Origin: the human T2T-CHM13v2.0 reference genome, Homo sapiens
Strand: one strand, 5' to 3'
Length of the DNA: 64,000 nucleotides
Assembly: GCF_009914755.1 (NCBI RefSeq)
Contig: NC_060926.1
Shown piece after piece: positions 13,501-26,113 of this stretch (position 1 is its first letter; each line of letters opens with the position of its first letter). The notes beneath the pieces were generated by a model, which was not told the DNA's origin, did not search any database, and saw nothing but the letters and a program-made list of their open reading frames with translations. The position numbers were made by a program, and so were the translations under genes.

Positions 13501-14619
13501 GACAATTCTGACATTTCAACTGATCTCAGAATGGATCATCATTTTTCTATGCTTATAGGAGTTATCCTAGTAGTGAAGTCACACTGTAGTGGAATCTTTG
13601 CTAGGGTGCATCTGGAGAAAGCGTTCCAAAGTCGATAAGTGCTTGCTAGCTAATTTAATGTTCTGGTCTTCTTGATCAAACATCCTCAGAATCCACTTCT
13701 TTTCTTTTTCTTTTTCTTTTTTTGAGATAGTGTCTTGCTCTGTCGCCCAGGCTGGAGTGCACTGGCGTGATCTCGGCTCACTGTCACCTCGACTCCCTGG
13801 TTCAAGCCATTCTCCTGCCTCAGCCTCCCGAGTAGCTAGGATTACAGGCATGCACCACTGTGCCCAGCTAATTTTTATATTTTTATTAGAGACGGGGTTT
13901 CACCACGTTGGCCAGGATGGTCTTGATCTCCAGACCACGTGATCCGCTCACCTTGGCCTCCCAAAGTGCTAGGATTACAGGCGTGAGCTATCATGCCCGG
14001 CCCAGAATTCACTTCTATGCAAATTCTCCTGGCTTCTATAAGTACACATTGGCTAGGTATCACAACAACTTTGGGGTTTTCCCAGAAAACTCACACATTT
14101 CCCCCATCCACACATAACAGGCTTGCTGTGGTTTTACATTTAACTTTCTTCGAAATAAAGTCACTTATACTATTAGGTACTGGGTGTGGTTCTCAACTTT
14201 CTCTTCCCTCTGCTGTGCGTGAAGAGAAATTCATTGTATTTATGTAACCAAAGAGGTTCACTGGCTTTCATGCCAGGATTTCAGTTGGCTGTCATTTACC
14301 CTTTGCTGTATAGTTTCTTTCTGTAGAGCATCCATGGCACTTAGAAATAGTCACACAATTCCATTATCTTTATAGCTACTATTTCTTCCATATTTATCAA
14401 ATACCAGATAGGCTGAGCCCAGTGTACTCCTTTCTACTAGTAAAACCTCCTAATTAACCTCCAGTGGAAGTTTTAACAACGGCTCTGCCACTTTATGCCA
14501 CAAGCTATTGGTGCTAAACACCAAACGGTGGTGGTGTCTTCTTCCACATGGGTATGAGTGATTTAGCTTCAAAACAATCTTATTGCCTGCTTTCTCAAAC
14601 CACTGCTGAGAGCAGCTGT
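10538..14619 (-). mobile_element. ERVL-class internal region (HERV16/ERV3-16A3-like) with degenerate gag-pol
   Basis: Integrase remnant SDQKTT*EVPLWAHTHDIHWLYHKLSPDAASLIEPWNG at about 11350-11470 (cf. ERVL HGIHWSYHVPHHPEAAGLIERWNG); RT remnant LTHFTGNFLLVGPDEQAVAG in ORF 12746-13030 (cf. VHYIDDIMLIGPDEQEV). Confidence 0.85.
13701..14002 (-). mobile_element. Full-length Alu (AluSc-like) inserted in the ERV
   Basis: Complete dimer; 13-bp TSD AGAAT(C/T)CACTTCT at 13688-13700 and 14004-14016. Confidence 0.97.
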
Positions 14620-15024
14620 TACTCCTGAGCCACTGAGATGGAGTCTGAGATGCCAGATGTTTATTAGAGATCAACACTTATGACAAGGATTGGAAAGGAG
14701 CACTTTTGAAAAGAGGAAGGGGCCAAATTGCAAAGCAGCTTGATGAAGTCTTCACCAACCCTGCAGAAAGTTCTAGAGTGAGTATTGTCCACATCAGAAT
14801 TTCCTGTGTCAGGCCACAATGGCCAGGCCTTTATATCCCTGCTTTGCCCAGTGACTGGATATTGGCTGACTCCAAAAAGTTGACCCTTGGGCCAGGCAAC
14901 TCTGCAGCTAAAGCATATCCTAAAAAAGCTAACGGATGAAGGCTATCTGTTGACTATACTTCTTGCAGTTGGGCAGTCTTTCTCTGAAGTGAGATCTGCG
15001 TAGCACATTTCCATGTATACTACA
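14620..15024 (-). mobile_element. LTR16-family LTR (5' LTR)
   Basis: Minus strand TGTAGTATACATGGAAATGTGCTACGCAGATCTCACTTCAGAG...AATAAACATCTGGCATCTCAGACTCCATCTCAG, then internal start CAGTGGTTTGAGAAAGCAG. Confidence 0.75.
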
Positions 15025-15644
15025 GGTAGGCTGGACTGTTAACCAGAGCTCAATAGTCAGATCTTAAGGGATGGTTGTTTTAAACCCTGAATTTACTTCT
15101 ATTCAGGAAACTTGGCACTGGGGCAAGTGTTGTATTGTGGTAACAGTGATTGGACTTATAAGCTTAAAGCATGAAGGTTTAAGCTATGTTGCTTAAGCAT
15201 GGAGTACCCTTGACCTTGAATACTACCAGAAGAAGTTGCATTCTCCTTCCTGAAGGAATCAACTGTGGTCTGAGCAGATATATGAGCCAGTAAGGTTACT
15301 ACTGGAGCCAATGGCAGGAAAGCATTAAAACATGCAGAACAACAATCTGTGAATATACTGAAAACTTTTGGATCGTACTCTTTAAATGGATGAATTGTAG
15401 TATAAGTTAATTACATCTCAATAAGATTGTTAAACAATTTTTAGAAGTAATTTTCAACCCGTCATTTCTTAACAGCCAAAAAAAGGCAAATCATCCCCAA
15501 TCTGGCTTTCTGGGAAACTTTTTATAGCCTCAGATAATCACCTGACATCTGTTTCAGAGGAGGGCTGGTTGTTTCACACGAATTAAGCCTCCCAGTTAAG
15601 GTAGAGGCGAATGGAGGGGGGAAGGGGGCAGATACTAGAGGTCC

Positions 15645-15667
15645 TGTTGTTGTTGTTGTTGTTGTTT
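15645..15667. repeat. (TTG)n microsatellite
   Basis: Directly visible. Confidence 0.9.
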
Positions 15668-18600
15668 TTGGCATACAAAGTTTTCCAGAAATTACTTTAA
15701 GTATTAAAATGGATGTGATTTAATTTATATCCTAGGGTGGCAAAGAGGGTCAACCAAATACACGTGCTTATATGTTGGTCTTTTTGAAAACATCCTTGGA
15801 AAGTTGCCCTTTTCCAGAATGGCTTCCAAGGATCTATTCTGAGCTCTGTGAAGACAGTAAAAACATTCACTGGTGCTTTAAGATTGGTCATTCATTCAGT
15901 TGGTCAGTCATCATTCATTCAAAAATCATTTTTGAGGAGTCTACTAAATGTCAGGCGTTCAGCTGGCCACAATGAGTATAGAATTTATTGGGAAGTCCCT
16001 GCCATGATAGAGGGAAAGATATAGGAATTTAAAATATAGTGTATTTTGCTGTATTTTATAATAGATGCATGAAGAGAGTGCTTATGGGGGCAGAAAAGAC
16101 TAAAGTCCTTTTGCTCTTTTGTTTAAATCACTTGCAATAAAAATTATGCTTACAAAAATTGTATTTGTCTTATAAAACTCCAATGGTTTCATGACAGTAA
16201 TTACCTCTTCTTTTCCTTTCTCTCACTTTTCCCTTCCAGTTGCCTTCTGGGCTCTTCTAGGTCTACTTAAGAATCATAAAACCGGCTTATAGAAAAATAT
16301 ACTGACCTAGGTATACATTATCAGGAAAACACCAGACTAAGTAACCAAAGGAGAGACTGGGATCTTATGCTGGAAACTGCTTCTAATTAACTAATTGGAT
16401 TATTGTGATCTTTAGGACAATATGTGTGACAGAAGCTTCAGCAAGAACCTGACACCTAATGAGCTCTCAATATATTTAGTGGGGAATTAGTTGTAAGGGT
16501 TCTGGGGGAAAATCTGATTTAGTGTCTGAGCAATGTGTCTGGAGGTATTGAGGATTAAACAGTGTCAGAATGGGAACAAAATGCATAAACCTACTGTAAT
16601 TTTTATTCTAGGAAACACCTATTCCTAATGGAGGCAGAGGAGTTCAAATATGTGATGCATGAGGACACAGGATTTGAGCCATGTGAGGGTTTCAGGAAAA
16701 GTGAGGACTCTATCCTATGTACAGCACACTGACCACTCACACCCTTGTATAGCGCTGCTCTTGTATCCCACATATCTAGGTCGACATAGCAGCAGATGGT
16801 CAGTGCCCACAGTGGAAGATTTTCTTATTAAGGATTGTGGAAAATGACTCAGATCTGGCCAGCACAAGAAATACCTAATTCCCATTCCAATATAATTTGT
16901 GATCTAAAACTTTGCATAAAAATAGCATCAACTGCTTCAACACTAAAGTAATAATTATTAATAGCTTTTTAGATAGATTGTTAAAGTACTCATCTTGTTG
17001 CATTGCATATATTATTTTTTTCTTATCAAATATGACCTATATTTAATAAAATCTATTTCTCCTCCATTTCTGAACCACAGATGCAATACTTGCATAATAC
17101 AGTGTAATGTAGCTTGTAGCTGCCAAGGGCCATAAATAATGCACCTTAGTAAAGCACTGTAATCAGGCTGCTTGTTGTGTATGGGCTGCTGCACACCAGT
17201 CTGACCACCCCCCAATCTGCAGGCTATTTCTACTTGGGGGTTCAGCGTACTGAGAATGAGATGCCAGGGTTTTCTTGGGCATACCAATAGGTCAAAGCTA
17301 GGATCTATGGCCAAAAGTTATTATTTATTATGAAAGTGTAATGGGCACATAGTTTAGATAGAAGAGAACTTTGGTTAACAACCACATACATCACTTCAGA
17401 AATTAATGTGAATTATCATAGTTATCAAAATTTTTTAAAGGACAAATATTATGTTCTGTTTCAAGATTTGGGAAGTAGTTTGGTTGGTCTGCTGCCTAAA
17501 GTCGGTGAGCAGAACTGGAACTACATCTTGCCCTTATTTGAATTCACAAAAATCCTACAACAGTAACTGTATTTTTGTTGTGATTATTATTTTCAGATAG
17601 GAGTTAATGATGGGTATTGGAGCATATACAATTCAAAATATAATCACAACATATTGGAGACACACTTTATAAAATCCTCTTTTCTGCTAGTTTGAGGTTT
17701 ACCTAAGAATCAACATATTCATTAATTACAAGATACGTAGTTCTTAAGTATGACTTTTTGCCTCTTCATCTGATTACCTGGTTTACCTGTTTGGGGTAAA
17801 AATGATTTACTGAATGTGAAAGTGCCTTAACATTTTTGCAGATAATTTTTCTTTGAGAAAGACTGCTATACTTTTGCCTGGGTTAGGCAACTTGTTTAAA
17901 AACTATAATATTATAAATATTATTTTGAGAGAAAATAACATTTGAAAAAGTTGAAGGATGAAAATTTATACTTACTTTCATAACTTTTAAATGATCATGT
18001 CTACTAAATATTTAGTAAATAGATACATGGGAAGTTGTCAGATAAATATGCTTTACATGCCTTTCTGGTTTATTGGAAAGAATATTAATAAGGACCACCA
18101 AATGTATTCCAGTGTTTTCCATTCCAGTTAATCATTAGAAAATGTTATGAACTTCTTTTGTTATTTGTATATAGCTGGCTAGAACTTTAAAATATTAGCT
18201 TTAAAAATAACGTGATGGAACCTCTGTTATCTGGATGATCTTGGAAGAAGAGTAATCAAGGTATTGAATGCCCTGGAATCCTTAAGATAATTCATGATCT
18301 CATTTTTCTGTTTCCACTTTTAATTCACCTGCAGCTTATTCCATTAGACAAAGTCTTCTGTCTCTCTCTGGCTTCTGCCCCAATTTGTTTTCATTTCTCT
18401 CCCTACCACTGTTCTCTTTTCCTTTCCCTTTGGCCTCTACCTTGACCCCTACTTTATTCCCAATGTTTGCTCTTCTATGCCTTCTACCCTTCCCAGCCTC
18501 AGCCCTGTTCAAATATTTTTCCAATTAAATAGGCATCAGAAATGCTGAGGAAATAGGTTTCAGTGCATCTACTACAGCCTGCCTTTAAAATCAAACCAGC

Positions 18601-20119
18601 TTAACTTGGGGAAAATTTTTAAAAGCATTTGTTTTTGCCAATGTACATGCCATTTTCTCCATTTTTATGGAAACTTGTTCCACAAAACCTTTTATGAACC
18701 TTGTTCATATGCAGTGGAAAATTAACACTGCTTTTAGAAAAGGAAGCGGAAAATACTATTTCAAATTTTGCACTTGTTAAATTTGTAAATTCAAGTTAGT
18801 TGAGTTTCTGTTGAAATGATAGCATAATCTTAAGATTACTTTTCTTTTTCAGAAGTGAGCATTTTGTGATCCTCATGTTGTAGACAGGCTATTAACTGCA
18901 AATATTTTTTCTGATTTCTTACAATGTATTGGTGTAGTGCTCTATTATGAATGAATTGAAAAAAGTATTTTTAACTATACCTCAGGTAGAAACCTTCTTT
19001 CTCATGAGAAAGACATACAGAAACAATTCCATTTCTTCCCCGTTACTTAAAGGTAAATTCCTCAAAAGGTGATAGTAAGAGATCACTTTCCAAAGTTATT
19101 ATGAGAGTTATTTAGAAACCTCGATATGCAGACATAAGCTGTAAGTGATATTACAAATCAAAGAAGGTACAGTTAATTATGAAACAAATTATCAATGTTG
19201 CCATAAAAATGTTAAGAAGTCACACTATAGGTTTCTTTTTCTGTAAAAGGTGACAGTTTTGTTTGAAAAATATTTTGCTTCAAGGACTGATAGTTTTATT
19301 TATTATGGTGTGTTTATAGACTGTGTTTATAAATAGTATTTATAGACCATACTGTGAATGAAGTGAAATGATACCCCAGTGAGGCCTAACCTTTCAGAAC
19401 ATATATTACTTAATTCTGAGTCTTAAAGTCACAATAGTTTATCACTTACCCTACTGATATTTTATTAAACATTTACAATCATTTATTAAAAAAACAGGTT
19501 TTGTTTGTTGCATTTCTTTTTCAACTATAAAAAAAGATTCGTTTTGACATTTTTTTTTTCACTTAGATTCCCTCACTTCAGGTCATGGTTTGGCTGAGGA
19601 AGCTAGATAAAGCCAGGTTTTTAATGTAATTTTCAGATTCTTTGAAAACTCCCACCTCAACTGCCTGTTACTACATGTTCAAACCATAGTTTGTATGAGG
19701 TCATTGAAAGTTTTAAGTTAAGCCAAGCTTCTGTAATCATGGCAAAAATTAATATAAAGTATCCTAATGTTGTTTTAAACCTGTCACAATTCATAAAAAT
19801 GTGAGACATGCTCACCAATCATTAACATATTTTTTCCTATAGCGTTATGCCTGAAAGGTCAGATTTGCATATGATAAAAGCGAAGGAGGCTGATTAAAGA
19901 ATCCATGATCTTTCAAACTTCTGGATTCTAAAATCACACCAATCTGGCAACTAACTATTTGGCAATGGGATCATTGGGCACTACAAAGTTGTCTATATAT
20001 TATACTTATTTGTCATGTTTATGAACACCTGTATCTCATGGCTGAAGGGATCTTGTCAACGTCACTGCATAATGAAGGGAGGCAGAGGAGGGGGAGCTGT
20101 TGAGGTGGACTCTTTAGCA

Positions 20120-20335
20120 AGGTGGGTTTAGAGCGGAGAGAACACGCTCTCTGGCTCTGAGACCTTGAGCATGTTATGTAACCTCCTTGCATCTTGGGTT
20201 GCTCAACTGTAAAATAGAAATGTAATAATAACTGCACCTTACAAGGCTAATTTAAATGAGACAATTCAAGGAAAGTGCTTAATACAATGCCTTGCCTATA
20301 ATAAATATTCAATATATATTACCTGCTATTATTAC
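20120..20335 (+). mobile_element. MIR SINE
   Basis: GACCTTGAGCATGTTATGTAACCTCC...CTCAACTGTAAAATAG...TAAATGAGACAAT...AAAGTGCTTAATACAATGCCT. Confidence 0.8.
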
Positions 20336-20508
20336 TAATATTGTATTGTTGTAGTTTTAGGTGTTACTACCTTTATTATAGCATGATTTTCCCTGGGTAA
20401 TACAGAGCTGAGTTAAAATGGCCACGTTCCAGGTATGGAAGTTTGGTTTAGATACTTATAACCTCTTATCAACTCACAGGAAGTTCAAGGATTAAAAAAA
20501 AAAAAACT

Positions 20509-20816
<308 letters not shown>

Positions 20817-20932
20817 TGCTAAGTACTTGGATCTGATCATTATACATTATATGTATCAAAACATCACTTTGTACTTTATGAATGTACACAATTATTATTT
20901 CTCAAAAAACAAAATTTTAAAAAGAAATAAAA
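20817..20932 (+). mobile_element. L1MA-type extreme 3' end fragment
   Basis: TGCTAAGTACTTGGATCTGATCATTATACATT...CATCACTTTGTACTTTATGAATGTACACAATTATTA followed by A-rich tail. Confidence 0.7.
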
Positions 20933-21018
20933 TTAACTGCGATGAAAGTTTCAACTTTCATTGCCGTGCTTCATGCTGAAGCACCATCTTGTTTGATGTT
21001 TTGTTGGAACATACATAA

Positions 21019-21020
<2 letters not shown>

Positions 21021-21068
<48 letters not shown>
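21021..21068. repeat. (AT)24 microsatellite
   Basis: Uninterrupted AT run. Confidence 0.97.
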
Positions 21069-21070
<2 letters not shown>

Positions 21071-21135
21071 CTTCTTAGTCATTACATGAACTCTATTCAG
21101 TATTTCCTCCATCGGAAGCAGTGGAGAAGTTTCTT

Positions 21136-21633
<498 letters not shown>

Positions 21634-22274
21634 GGGAACCATTACTTTAGTGTTGCCTGCAACAGGAAGCTGAAAATACTAATGGTTGTTATGTAGGAGT
21701 GAGATGAGAAAAGATCCTTTTAACTGGTGAAGATAATTCCTACTTTATAATCCCAGGTTTGGAGGACAAATTCAGCAAGGGAGTATTTGGCTATGGAGCA
21801 AGATAAAGTGGAGAACCTGGAGATGGGTAGGTTAGAAGAAAGTAAGGTAATGATTACAACAAAAAGCAGGGCTCTGTGATTGAAGAATCCTTGCTGTTGT
21901 AGGCTACCGCTGGAATTATGTCCGAGTAGTTAAGGCAACACTCACGGTACATAAAATGGAATTAAAGTAGTTGGTTTTATAGCTCCTGTTCTGCATTTTA
22001 TTTGATTTAACATTTACAGGATTGTGTTCACTTTAAAGTGTTTTGAAATCAGAATGAAAATGAGCATGATAGTGAGGATAACTGGATGAGGAAATGAATG
22101 GATGGTGGAAGTGCTAAAAAAATTTGTAGAAATTTTTTCCTTCCTCAAAACTGAATCAAATAGAAATTCCTTAAACATGGTCTGGAGTCTAGGTGCTGTT
22201 TAGTCCTAATTTCAGCCCTACCCAATTAAATTATTTGTGCCTTTTATATGGAGCAATTAATTGACCCAAAGACA

Positions 22275-22430
22275 CCATGTAGTGCAGTGAGAAGAACCTA
22301 TGCTTTAGAAGTAAAACAGGTCTGGGTTTAAATCTCCCTTACTAGATATTTGATATTTAGGCCAATTACTTAAGAATCAGTTTTGTAATCTGTAAAATAC
22401 GGCTAATATTGCTTACCTTTTAGGGTGGTG
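22275..22430 (+). mobile_element. MIR SINE
   Basis: GTCTGGGTTTAAATCTCC...GGCCAATTACTTAAGAATCAGTTTTGTAATCTGTAAAAT. Confidence 0.7.
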
Positions 22431-25400
22431 ATTCCCAAAGATGGGGATGGGGCATAACTTCCCTTAGAGGGAGTTTTGGTAAACAGGATTGGATGAGCCT
22501 GTGGCACTTTAGTGGGCAGGGAGCGGGGTGCTCGGCACTCCACCATGAAGAACTATGCCCTGCATTACTCTTCCCTGCTCTCCTTTCCAATGACTGCAAG
22601 ACATTCCCTGGGTGAAAATCCTCTTTATAATTACCTAAGTCTAGAATCTGTGTTTTACCTAAGCATAGGTATTGTTGCATGGTTTTAATATTATCATAAC
22701 TAGGAGGCAGTGGCACTGGTGACACTGGGTGCCAGTGTAAATCCATGTGAGTGGTTACTCACAGGCCAGGAAGTCTGTTTCTTGCCTGGAAATGCAGGTC
22801 CTGGCCAGCCTGAGGCCTGTCATGTGCCCACGGCAACCTCTTTTTCAGGGTGACGGTGACAGCATTCTGGGAGTTTCAAACTCAACCCTAGGACTCCAAG
22901 AGAAGGGGGAGACAGGACTCAGTCTGAGCTGGAAATGATGAGAAGCTTAGGAATTACATTCAACACATAGCTTCCCCGTCCTCATTGAACAGACAGTATG
23001 CAGAAGGGCTTTGTTGCCTCTATTAGTCTTGTTCTCTGGCCACTGGTTTGGCCATCTGGTTGCCTGTAAAATTCTCTGGAGTGTTGCAGGTGTTACTTTT
23101 ATGGTCCCTATGTTACCAGAATGAATTATTAAAGTAGAGGGCCTCAAGTCACTTTTTAGACTACAAGCTGAGTTGTCAGGTTTTGAGGTGACTATGGCGG
23201 CCTGAAGTCTATACCATCATAACCAATACATGAGTGTATCAGATTGGAGTGGTTCAATAAGAATTCTACCACTATTTTTAATTTCCACTCTGCTCCTGAG
23301 TTGTGACTGCTTCTCATGACTAGGATATCAGTAGTGTTATAGTCAATAAAATAAATGCTTGACTCCCTAAACAAAAATTTAGAAAGATTCCATGGACTAG
23401 ATGGCATCTCAAAATATGCTGGCATTTATCCCATGTGCTAATCCTAGGTACTATAAAATAATTTCATAAGAACTGATGATGTATCATGTGCAATAATAGA
23501 TATGTTTTAGGTCATCCTAAAAAAAAACTCTATATATACCCCAACTAGATGAAAGAATAGGTTAAACCCCTTATTTAAGGATTATATGAAAAGAAGTAAA
23601 CAAATTAATTGACATTTCTTTAGATAATTGTAACTCATGCAGGTATTGCCACTTGCTTGTAATGCTGACTGGCCAGGATAATGTGTAAAACATAAAGGAA
23701 GCATCTCAATATTTTTTGATGAATAACAACAATGAAATTAGGTAGTCAAAGGCAGAGTGACATAGTATGCTAAGTTATCACATCCTGAAATAATAATTGG
23801 CCAGTGAATAGTATTAATCAATGTAAAACTTAGATATTTTTACTTACAACCTTTTTAAAATGTTACAATGTTGAAGTCAGTATGACCAGAAAGGATAGCT
23901 ATGTCTTAGATATGCAGTCCCAAGATGGAAAAAGATCCTATTCCAGAAGTCACTTCACCTCTCAGGTTTGTTTGACTAGAACACTTTGAAAAACTGAAAT
24001 ACACACTGACATTTAAGAATCCACAGGCTTTCACAATTCTGTCAATCCTGACATTATATGTCTGTGAGGCAGAAATATTCCCTCCTCTCTGCCTTTTCAA
24101 TGGTGCTTCAGTAGAAATACAAAGCCTAGGAAATTTCTTTAAAATATTCAGCTTTTTTTCCTTCAACTCTTGACTTGTCATACAAAGTATGTTTTTTCTT
24201 TTGTAAATATGTATTTTTCCTGAAAGCTAATTCCGTGTAAAGCTACATTCTGGATCATACAATCTCTAGTTTGTTATAGGCTCAGAAAGGAATGGACATG
24301 ATTCCTACTGGGACTCCAAGTCTCCACACTCATAATTGAAATATATACTGTACATGGTTCCTTTGCCTTCAACATTAATACCCATCTGCTGAAATGGCAA
24401 GGTGCCTGCTCTCCAGTTGATTGGATGGATGCCCTGGAGCACAGGTGCCTGGCAATGATGGGTTTAGAGAAATCCCCAACATAACATTGTTCGTGACATT
24501 TCCTCTGCAGGACATCTCTCCTGGGTGTGTGTTATACAGAAGGCTCTCTCTTCCTGTCTGATGTCATGACGGCTGCTGTACATCTTCAGAAATTTCTGTT
24601 CATCATTAAAAGCAAAAGTCTCAGAACAACATGACATTTAAAAAGTGGAAACCATAATATTTTGATTCTTGAGGTCTAGTTTAATTTTTTTTAAGTGCTC
24701 TTTCTTGTGATGGAGTAGAATAGAGTAAGGTGGAGAAGATCTTAAATACCAATTTTTCAAGTCCAGGGTATTCTTCCAGGTACTATTTATTCATTACTTG
24801 CATTGTATAGTCCATGAAAGTCAGCTATATGAAGCCAAAAGCCATGCTATTGTAGCATACACATGGTAATATTTTATGAGACTATATGTATGTCTGTGTT
24901 AGGATTTAAAGTAAATGGCCATCTTTTGGTTATCTCATCATAAAAGCTATTGTGGGGCAAAAAACACCTTTTTTATTAACCAATATTATTTCTCTTCAGT
25001 TTCTCCAATTTCCTCATTGGAGTAGCTAGTTAATTCTATGTGCAATCCCTCAGGGGATAGGTGTGACAATCCAGAGAGAAAAGAAATCCCATGAGTCATC
25101 CTAACTTTGGTTTCCAAAAATCTAAACCTTTAGAAGATGAAAGAGTTTTCAAAGATTAGGCCATAAATTTGGGAGAAACACAGGAAAGAGTGTAGAGTCT
25201 CCTCTGCTCATTTTCCACTTTAGAAAATAATTCCCTTAGGTTCCATAAGGAAGAGATGGAGAAGAAAAAAATGAGATAGAGATGTGTTACTGGGCCTTAG
25301 CGGGAGCATTCCTGTGTCCATATCTTGGGCAAAGCCCAGAAATCGTATACAGCCTCAAAGAAAAAATGACTATGAGCTTCCTGCGGGTAACTGGGAGTCA

Positions 25401-25752
25401 CAGAAACCTTTGCAGAGATGCCCACACCTCTAGGTTAACTGAGCTGAGGATTATTTCAGCATTAGCCCTTACCTTGTACCTAGATGATTAAAGAACCCAA
25501 GAACTCATGCTCCTCTCTCTTATCCTTGATTGCTTGGTCACATGAAAGCAGCCTGGAACTTTGATACAAGCTTAAGAAGGAATAATAGAAAACTAAATTC
25601 ACTAAGCACGTTTATCTTGAGATATTTGCAACTGATTCAAGTTGTTGAATAATTAAATTATATTTGTAGTTCACTCAAGCATGTGTGCTGACATTTATAT
25701 TGACTACACTATTTATATTGTGATTTATTCTAGAAAAGAGTTAAAGACTACT

Positions 25753-26113
25753 ATACACCATGGAATACTATGCAGCCATAAAAAATGATGAGTTCATGTC
25801 CTTTGTAGGGACATGGATGAAATTGGAAATCATCATTCTCAGTAAACTATCGCAAGGACAAAAAAACAAACACCGTATGTTCTCACTCATAGGTGGGAAT
25901 TGAACAATGAGAACACATGGACACAGGAAGGGGAACATCACACTCTGGCGACTGTTGTGGGGTGGGGGGAGGGGGGAGGGATAGCATTAGGAGATATACC
26001 TAATGCTAAATGATGAGTTAATGGGTGCAGCACACCAGCATGGCACATGTATACATATGTAACTAACCTGCACATTGTGCACATGTATCCTAAAACTTAA
26101 AGTATAAAAAAAA
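25753..26113 (+). mobile_element. 5'-truncated young L1 (L1PA2/PA3-like) 3' end
   Basis: GGAATACTATGCAGCCATAAAAAATGATGAG...G-rich tract...CCTAAAACTTAAAGTATAAAA; TSD AAAGACTACT at 25743-25752 and 26114-26123, at a TT|AAAG endonuclease-type site. Confidence 0.97.

Noticed and set aside
13579-14117. Overlapping ORFs
   Set aside because: They are typical Alu translation products; the same applies at 20625-20979, 21199-21574, 44248-44472, 46929-47171 and 52509-52814
18002-18017. Perfect 16-bp palindrome TACTAAATATTTAGTA
   Set aside because: One or two such palindromes are expected by chance in 64 kb of AT-rich DNA
23906-24181. 91-aa minus-strand ORF in unique DNA
   Set aside because: No recognisable homology or splice context, and its length is within chance expectation
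25092-25098. AP-1 motif TGAGTCA (also near 5941 and 33043)
   Set aside because: A 7-mer at chance frequency with no supporting context
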